NCBI GenBank assembly: GCA_963702895.1
Contig: OY969767.1
Coordinates: 1,408,001-1,472,000, forward strand
DNA: 64,000 nt
Direction: 5' to 3'
From: an uncultured Elusimicrobia bacterium
Lineage (GTDB): Bacteria; Elusimicrobiota; Elusimicrobia; 2-01-FULL-59-12
The position numbers were made by a program, and so were the translations under genes. The notes beneath the pieces are model-generated. The model saw only the letters and a program-made list of their open reading frames with translations, ran no database searches and was not told the DNA's origin. Within the stretch, counting starts at the first letter, position 1. The number at the start of each line of letters is the position of its first letter. Below are positions 9,356 to 18,300 of this stretch, in pieces.

Positions 9356-12300
9356 ATGCCCAAATCGCTGATCCGCATCGTCGCGCTGATACTCGTCCCG
9401 TGCATGCTCCTGGATCCGAGCTCCGCGTTCGCGGAGCTCGCCCGCCCCGCTGCGTGGCGGGCGCCATTCCCTGCAGGCGTTTCCCTTGCATCCCCACAGG
9501 CGACTCATGCCGCATTACGACTGGACTCTTTTCCGTTCGGTATCCAAGCCCTGGTTCCACCCAGCTGGCTGAGCCGTCCGATATCCTGGATCCAAAGAGC
9601 GAGTGAGCTGGCCCGCCAAGCAAGCAGGAATCGGTTCCAGGTGCGATGGACGTCTCTAGCAGGATCTCCATTCAGTTTCCCTGTTCTGGGTACGGACGAG
9701 CGACCCATTCGCCCGGTTCAATTCAGCGTATCCCAGAATGAGATCGGCGGCGGGCAGGACGGTACGGGCCAGATCGTAACGACACCAAGCGGCTCTCGCT
9801 TCCAGGTGTTCGACACCCCGCAAACCATGGCCGCCGCCCAGGCCGGTGAAATCGCGGAAATCATCCATGCCAATGATGCCGCCGGCCGGATCACCATCCT
9901 GATCCTGCCAACGGGCTCGACGCCAATCCCTGTCTACCACGAACTGGTCCGCCTGTACCAGGCGCGGCAGCTTTCCTTCCGAAACGTTCATACGTTTAAC
10001 ATGGATGAATACTACCCCGGACCGCAGGCTCCCTGCGCTTGGGCTCAGCACCCACAAAGCTACCGCCGATTTATGGATGAGCTCTTATTCTCAAAAGTGG
10101 ACATCCCTCGGGCAAATATTCATTTTCTTAACGGCCAGGCCGCCGACCCGGCAGCAGAGGCCGCTCGCTATGAACAGGAGTTTCGGGATCTCGCTCCAAA
10201 CGGCGCCGACCTGGAGTTGGGTGGTGTGGGAAGCCGGGGGCATGTGGCCTTCAACGAAGCGGTGGTTCACCTAACGGATGACTTTCTCCAGCGCCTCACG
10301 AGCAAGAATCGGGAAGCGCTAGGTCTGTCCAATGATTTCGCCTTAGAAGTAACGGCCGGCCACGAACTTGCTGCTTTGGCGATGATTCTACAAGGTCACT
10401 GGAATTTCCGGGAAGGCGAGACTTTCGTCCGCTGGCTTCGAGCAAGGATCAAGACGACGGGTCGCATCACGGAGGAAAGCCTCCAGAAATTGGCGGAAAG
10501 GCTTCGCCGCCAGCGCGTCACCATTGGCTGGAATCCCGATTCCCCTGATGCCAAGGACATCCAGGATTTCGTCAATCAAGCCAGTGCAAGATTCGGCTTT
10601 CCGATTGAACTGGCCGACCTCAGAAAACTTGATGATTCCCAGACACACCTACGGGAACTGGCTTTATCCACCGTGGTCGACAATTCCGTTCACTTCGCTG
10701 AGCCCGCCGACATTCCCACCCAGGCTCTCACGATGGGCCTGGGAACGCTGAGGCATTCGCAGCGGACCCGCATTCTCGCTTCGACACCCAACAAAATCCC
10801 GCCGCTGGAACAGGTTGCCGCCGGCCCTGTGTCTGAGCAAGTCCCTGTCACCGATGTCCTGCGCCATCCCGACACCCGGTTCCTGGTGACCCAGGCGGCC
10901 ATCCCGCCCACGGTGCGCACTGCCCTTGCAAGAACATCGGGTTTGGTATTGAACTCCCAACCCGAAACTCGAAACCCGAAAGCCGAATCCGGGACCCCTG
11001 CAGCGCGCGACACCAAGCTTTACACTCATCCCATCGCTGTTATGGCTCTCGCCTGGATGGCAAGTTCCCACTTTTATAGCTGGGACCCGGCCGGGACAGG
11101 CCTCCTTCTACTTCTGACAATCGCACCTTTAATGGCTTGGCAAGGAAGGATCTTCCGCGGCAAATCCGGCATGAATACGTTCCGGAGACTCGATGCATTG
11201 CTGAGGCATTTGAGGGGTCTTAGTTATGCTCGCTGTCGTGAACTCTTAGCAACCGGTCTCGACCGGTTCGTGCCGCCGCGCCGGAAACATAGACAGCGGG
11301 AGTTCCCGGCAATCGCCCTCCCCGCCGCCGCGCCAGGAAATCCGTTCCAATTGCGCCCCCCCACCGCCGTAGAGCTGGCGTTCCCCAGTCGGTATGAGAG
11401 CGCCGTTCACGCTAAGTTTGTGGGGAACGACCCCTACGATGATCGAACCAGAGCCATAGTCCAGGCCCACGCCACCGCGGCGTATGTGGACTTGATGAGA
11501 GAAATTTTCAAACGGACAGGCGGGACCTTGCGCGGAGTTTCGTTTCTTGAACTGGGCGCCGGGCTCGGTGCCATAGTGGACGTTCTGCGAACAAGAGCGG
11601 GTGTCGATGCTCAAGGCATCGAGGTCCGCCGGGAGTTTGTTCAATTCGCTAGGGATCATGGGGTGCCGCTTATTCAAGGGACACTGCTGGAAGTGCCCCT
11701 TGAACTGGCGGGAAAAACGTTCCAGATCACCTTTTCCAGGCAACTGCTGGATGCTATAGAGACGACTGATCGGGCCACCGAGGGCCCCATGCCCTCCCAA
11801 GTGACCCATGAAGAAGAACTCCGCGTCTTGGCCACGATCGCGGCGCTGACCGCCCCCGGAGGATGGAGCATCCATCAAACATATAGCTCCAACCCTATTC
11901 CCTTTACTGATGAAGAACTGACGCAGGCCGGGTTTCAGATTGTGTCGATGAACCCAAGGCGAACGATGATGGTGCTTCGCCGGTTGTCCGATCCGCCGCC
12001 TTCGAGCCCGGTACGGAGGCCTGAGGCCGCAGAAGAAACAATTAAACCTGAAGGAAAGAAGGGCCCCAGCCTTTACACTCATCCCATCGCTCTTATGGCT
12101 CTCGCCTGGATGGCAAGTTCCCACTTTTATGGCTGGGACCCGGCCGGGATTTTGCCGCTGCTCCTCTTGCTTGTGCCGCTGATGGCCTGGGGTCCGGGTC
12201 GTTATCGGCAATGGATGACCTCCCTTTCCGGGAGAGGGCCAAGATACAAGGCGAAGCAATGGGAACGGAAATTGGATGAAGATCTGAGGCGCCTGAGAGG

Positions 12301-15300
12301 AAAGGGAAGTAAAGCCGGAACCTTGCCATTTGAACTTTATCCCGGTGCCGATGCAGGGGCTCGGAAGCCTGCATCCCCTCGCCCGGCCCGGCCGGCCACC
12401 CAGCTGCCCGAAGCGGTCCCGGTCTCTGACCCCTCGGTGTCGCTCGACCTCGCCCCGGCTGCCGCGGTTTCCCTGGCACCGGCTGCCGCGACCGCCGTCT
12501 CGCCGCCTAGCCCTATCGCCGATTCGCCGCCTCCATCCACCGATGGCTCGCCGACCCGCCGGCCCGCCGACCCGCCGACTCGCCGCGTCGCCGCATTGGA
12601 CGTCGACCCCGCCGCGCCGGCGACAAGCCCGTTCCGGCCGTGGCGGTGGATCGCCGCCGGCATCGCAGTCGCCGCGGTCGTTGCCGCCCTGCATTTCGGC
12701 CCGACAACGTTCAGACAATTCCGGGACGGGTCTTCAACGCCGCGCCCGTCGTCGTCCGCGAGTCAGGACTACGTCTATGAGCCCGGGCCGGCGTCCGAAA
12801 CCACACACGACCGCGTCCGTACCATGATGGGACCGTACTACGGCATGGATCTTCAGGGACATCGGGCGGAATCCGGAGAACCCCGGGCCGATGCGGGAGC
12901 TCCCTCGCAGCCCCCCGCGCTGAACCCATTGGAGAACATTGCAGACATACAGCTGAGCGGTCATGCCGCGAATGAAATGCTGATGATGGCATTCGCGAAC
13001 ACGATGGAAGACGGCGGCGTTTTATCCCACGCGGGACGAATTGACTTCGTGCCCTCGGATAAACTCACGAAAGAACGCACCAAAGTCACGCTGATTTTGC
13101 CCGCATTGCGCCAGGGCCAGGCGATGCGCATGCCCATTCCCCTCAACCGCCGGGTCGATCCCCTGAGCATCTCGGACCCACGCCTCTGGGTTGACGCCCA
13201 GGGCTGGCTCACGGCCCGGGAGGATACCCCCCCGCTCACCGTGACCTTTGATTGGATCACGACCTTGGAAAACGGCTCCTTCCGGGCGAACTTCCCCGTG
13301 ACACCCTGGATGGAGCGGGAATTCCAAGATATTCCGCCGGAGGTTCGAAGGGACCTTGACCGCGCTCTAGGGCTCGATGAACATGGACGCGCGAGCGTCC
13401 TGGCCGGCGTGGTTGAGAAATACCTCGGCTACAACCAGCAACAGAGAGTTCAACTTCGTCGGGGGACGTGGAATCGTTTCATTGGAGAAGTTCTTGAGAC
13501 GGAAGGGCGGTTTAAGGGCGATTGCGACGTCTTGGCCACCGTCGGTTGGATCTGGGCCAGGTATCTTGGACTTGATGCTGTCATGGCAGCCGGCCGGAAC
13601 AACAGGGGCGGGGGCTCACGGTCCGGAACGAACATGTCCCACGCCGTCATGGTCATCCGGATCGGCGGCAAGTGGCTCGAATTCGACCCTTCCAAATGGG
13701 CGCCGCCCGTCGCCAGTGAAAGTCTTGCGCCTGACCAGCCCTCCGCCGACGGGAAACGGCTGGATGCCGGTCCCATGCCGACACCGCTCAAGCCCTCACC
13801 CCAGTTTGTCGCTACCTTTATCCCGAACCCCGAGCTTTTCCCGCCACCTCGAACGGGACCACCCGCCAGTGCAAAGCCTACCGCGGAGCGACCCGTTCCG
13901 CCCGGCGTGGGTCAGGAATCACCGAAGACCGAACCCGGCGCCAAAGTGGGGCCTGCCGAGAAGCCCGCGAGCGCCAAGAAACCCGCGAGCACCGAAACCC
14001 CCGCCAAGCGGCCCAGCACCTACCGCGTTCAGCCCGGCCAGAGTTTCAACGATATCGCGCGCTTGATATTCACGGATGAGAAATATCCCTACCCGGCGGC
14101 CTTGGATCTGATCGTGGACAACATCAACCACACGATCGGCGGCGACCCCGACCGCCTGATGGCAGGAGTCGACCTCATCGTACGGCCTACGAGCGCGTAT
14201 TCTAGTCCTGTAGCAGGGATGGATTGGGAATGGGGCCTCCATCGAAAATATGGACGGGCCTGGTATGAGCGGCGCCATGCCTTGCTGCAGCAGGCGCTGA
14301 CCCGGGAAAGTCAACGCCCGTCACCCTATACTTCGGAATACCAATCGGAACTGCGGGCGCGCGCGGGCGCCCGGTGGCGCTCGATCGAATTCGACATCCT
14401 TGCCATCAACGACATCCTGAATTGGATCGAACAACGCTTCGGGGTCAGATTCCAACGAGTTGACCTTATGCAGGCGATGGCTCAAACCATGGAGCGCAGT
14501 CAAATCATCTTGAAGCTGACGTCAACCGGCCGTTCAAAATCCGGAACGACCGCCGCCCCGAAGCAGACGGCCGACGGGGAATCGGCGAAACGGAGAAGCG
14601 GTGAACCGGCGGACTTGCCTCTGGGCCATTCCACGAAAACAAGTCCGGACGACCGACTCATCGCTCCGAAGAGCATCACTCCCCTCATGGCAGGCCTGCT
14701 CCAGGCTCCGCTGTGGTGGTGGGGGCTGAGCCACCTGCTGGGCGGGCCGCAGACACCGCTCCTGACCCAGGCCGCCTTCCTGGCCCTTCCGGCCATCCCG
14801 CTCGGCGCCGCCCTGGCCCTGTTCGCGGCGGGGGTCGTGGTGGCGGGGATGGCGGTTTTGGGGAGAAAGGTTCTGAAGCAAACCAGACCCGAGCGCATTG
14901 AAATACAACTGACCCCAATGGACAGACCCTATCAATTGGATCTCGTCAAGTCAGGTGGCAGCCATTCCCGGGGAGATTTGATTCGTCTCGATTTGGAGGA
15001 AATGCGGCTCGAAGCGCACAAGACCGGCGTACCCGGCCGTATGGCTGTTCGTCGAGTCTACCTCGAAGAGCTTGGACACGCTGTTGACGCGCGCCGCTTC
15101 GTCAGAGAAGGGCGGCCTCTTAGCGGCTTTGTAAGACCCAACTCACCTTTACAGACGTATTGGGACCACCACAATCCCAAAGACCCTGAGCATGACATGA
15201 AGGAGCTAGTGGCGGGTCTCAGGCACATCCTGTTTGCGCAAACCCCCTTTGAGGCGGAAAGAGCCCTCATAAAATTATCGCAGGTAGCCAATGATCCGAC

Positions 15301-18300
15301 CGACAGCCACTATTGGGGCGGACGCTTCGCCCTTGAGAGGATTCTCCAACGCATCGACGCAGGGCGAGGCGAGAGGGTGGATGATCTGACAAACTATTTG
15401 CCACGCCTCATCTATGGGTCAGGGGCGTTCCCGGACCTGCCTACGCTGCGTTTACTGGCGAAAGAATTATGTATCGAAAACCTGCGGGACTATCCGCCTG
15501 ACGGAGACGGTCTCCCTGCGCTGAGCGCGGATGGGTCCCGGATCGACGTTCCGGATGAGACCCAACAAGCTTTGGCAACGGTGTGGCGCGCATTCGAGAC
15601 TTACACGGGAAAATCATTGGCCGATGACGCGGTCCCCACGCCGGAACATGTCCGACATTCACAAGCGGCGAGGAGCGGGCTGCCTGGGTTTGACCGAACG
15701 GGCCATTCTATTCATGACCCTGGTCTTGCGCAAGGGAGAAAGATGGTTGGTATGGTCATCGCCGGCCTGCTCCAGGCTCCGCTGTGGTGGTGGGGGCTGA
15801 GCCACCTGCTGGGCGGGCCGCAGACACCGCTCCTGACCCAGGCCGCGTTCCTGACGATGCCGGCCATCCCGCTCGGCGACGCCCTGATCAGCTTCGCCGT
15901 GGGCGCGGCGTGGATCGTGGTGGCGGGGATGGCGGTTTTCGGGTCAGGGGCGCCCGCTCCGGGGCAGGAAGGGGTTTCCGGTCCTGTCTCGCCGGGACCG
16001 TCTTCCAATACCGCGGCCGCCGTCCGGAGGTCCTTCGAAGCGCAGGCTCGAGTACTGGCCGGTATCCCCACCGTGACCGAATTTGAAGCTAATTTCCCAG
16101 GCACGATACGTCGCGTCGATCTTGGACCAGGCTATTCGAATTCGTTACGAGCCGGAGAAGTTCCTAAGATCGATTTCACGCGTCGAATACAGGGAAGAGT
16201 CTACCAGCCACCACCGGCGTCGGAAAACGATTGGCCGAAATGGCTGGACCTGTACGTCGAAAAAGACGCCCAGGCGCTTGTCGTGAGGCTGATGAGAGCG
16301 GGCTTTCGCCCCGATTATTCCAACGCTTACGGAGATGGCCTGAAAGGAGTGTGGTGGACCCGAACCAGCCACCATACTGACACCGTCGGTTCCAACGCAA
16401 CAAATACGTTCTTTACTCCATTGACAGAGGAGGATTATCTCGCGCCGGACCAAGGCGAACATCCGGGCGAGACTCCTAACGACCCAGGAGCGCCTGTTAC
16501 ACCAACAGAACCTCCCTTGAATTGGATCGAAAAGAATGACGCAGCCCTCGAGCAACTGAGTCCCATCGACCGTCAGCTTGTCGATGCCATTCTCCAAGGC
16601 GCCTTACACGGCGATGCTGAACTGCTTGCCCAGTACCCAGAAAAAGTTTATATCGATCCTATTGAAGTTGGACGCTCGGATGAAGGCCGAACAATCTTTC
16701 TCAAGCTTGAAACGAGCATCCTAGTAGAAGGCCGCTACCTCACACACCTGCGATTCAAAGGCGCTCGCCCCCATAAAGGGCGCTACGGGCAGGGGAACCA
16801 AGTCGCCTATCTCGGACGTCGGGGCCATGTCGAGCGGCCTGTAACGGTCGATCAGGAAGGGCGATTGACGGTTTTTGCCGGTCAACTTGACCCCATGGGA
16901 GGTATGCGCCGTATCGGGGCTGCCAACGAATACGCTTTGATGCAAAGCGAAAACAGCCAAGGCGCCTATCGCACGGACGTGCCGATCGGCTGGGGCATCT
17001 TCCCTGGATTTGCATTTGAAAACGAACCTCTGGGCTGGGCGATCGCAGGGATGGAAGGGCCCGACGTTCGAATAAACGGGCGTCGTCAGAATCAGCTGAT
17101 CCTCCGGTCGCGCACGAACGACCCTTATGGGATGATTGAACTGTCTCAGGAACAGTCGCAACACCTCGCCAGGCTCATCGGTGAGAGCATCTGCGCTTAT
17201 CATCAAAAAGGCCGTTATCACCGCTACCCCCATTTTGGAAATATCGGCGTGGCCTACGATACTGTCACCCGTTCCATCCGTTCTGTTGTTCTGCGGGATT
17301 TGGAGACCTCCGTCCGGAAAGACAGCCTGAGCGGATCTCCGAAAGAAATTGAGAACCAAATCATTGCTTGGCGTTTCCGGGATGTGATTCGGTTGATCTA
17401 TCAGTTCTCCTTCAGACCACGGCCCAATGACCCGCTCATCGGCGCCCTCTTGCGCGGATACTTCCCGGAAGGGACTCTAAGAAATGATGATCTTCAGGCC
17501 CTGCTTGTGACCATTTGCCGTCCCAACTTTCTCGATGATTACGCATCCTTATTCTACGACGATGAGACGCAAGATCTCTCGAATTTGATCGACACTCTCG
17601 ACATCCAATCTCATCCTAATTATCAGCATCTTTGGAACGCGATCAGACAATCCATGGCGAGCCAGCCCGCCACTCCTGAAGGGAATGACGGTTCGGCGAC
17701 TCAAGAACATCCGGGTCGCATTGATCCGACGGGCTTGCGCCGCGTGCTCCCGGCAATCGCCCTCCTGGCCGCTCTTCCCTGGACCTACGGCTTCACTTCG
17801 ATCAGCGGCTCTCCCGGATCCGGCGCCGCGATCCCGCTCGGCGCCGCCCTGGCCCTGTTCGCGGCGGGGATCGCGGTCCTGATCTCAGGGAATTCCCCTC
17901 GAAAACGCAAAATACTAACTAAGGCGGCGAGCCATAAGGCAGGAAGGCAAAAGCCGGTGAGTGGCGATGCACCGGGTCCTTCGCGTCACGTTTACCCTGA
18001 CCCCGTCGTCATGGAGAAAAGTCGTTACGATCTTCCAAAGAGTTTGAAGTCCTGGTCTTGGCTCGCTCGCAACAAGGACCAACGTCAATGGCTGCGGGAC
18101 GTATTCCTGCCGAGACTCTTGGCGACTCAAAACCTCCGCGCTCCAGGACAAATCAAGGTCGTAGACCTTGGCGTAAGCACCGGAGAAGTCCTCGCCCGAA
18201 CTTACTATGAGATTTTCCAGCATCTCATAGAAAACACCTTGAAGGGAACATGGAAGGCCAGGATGGTAGGTGTTGATAGGGATGCGACCGTGCTGGCGGA

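Noticed and set aside
11246..12718. 490-aa minus-strand ORF
   Set aside because: It is an antisense shadow of giant gene B in GC-rich DNA, with no recognisable motifs.
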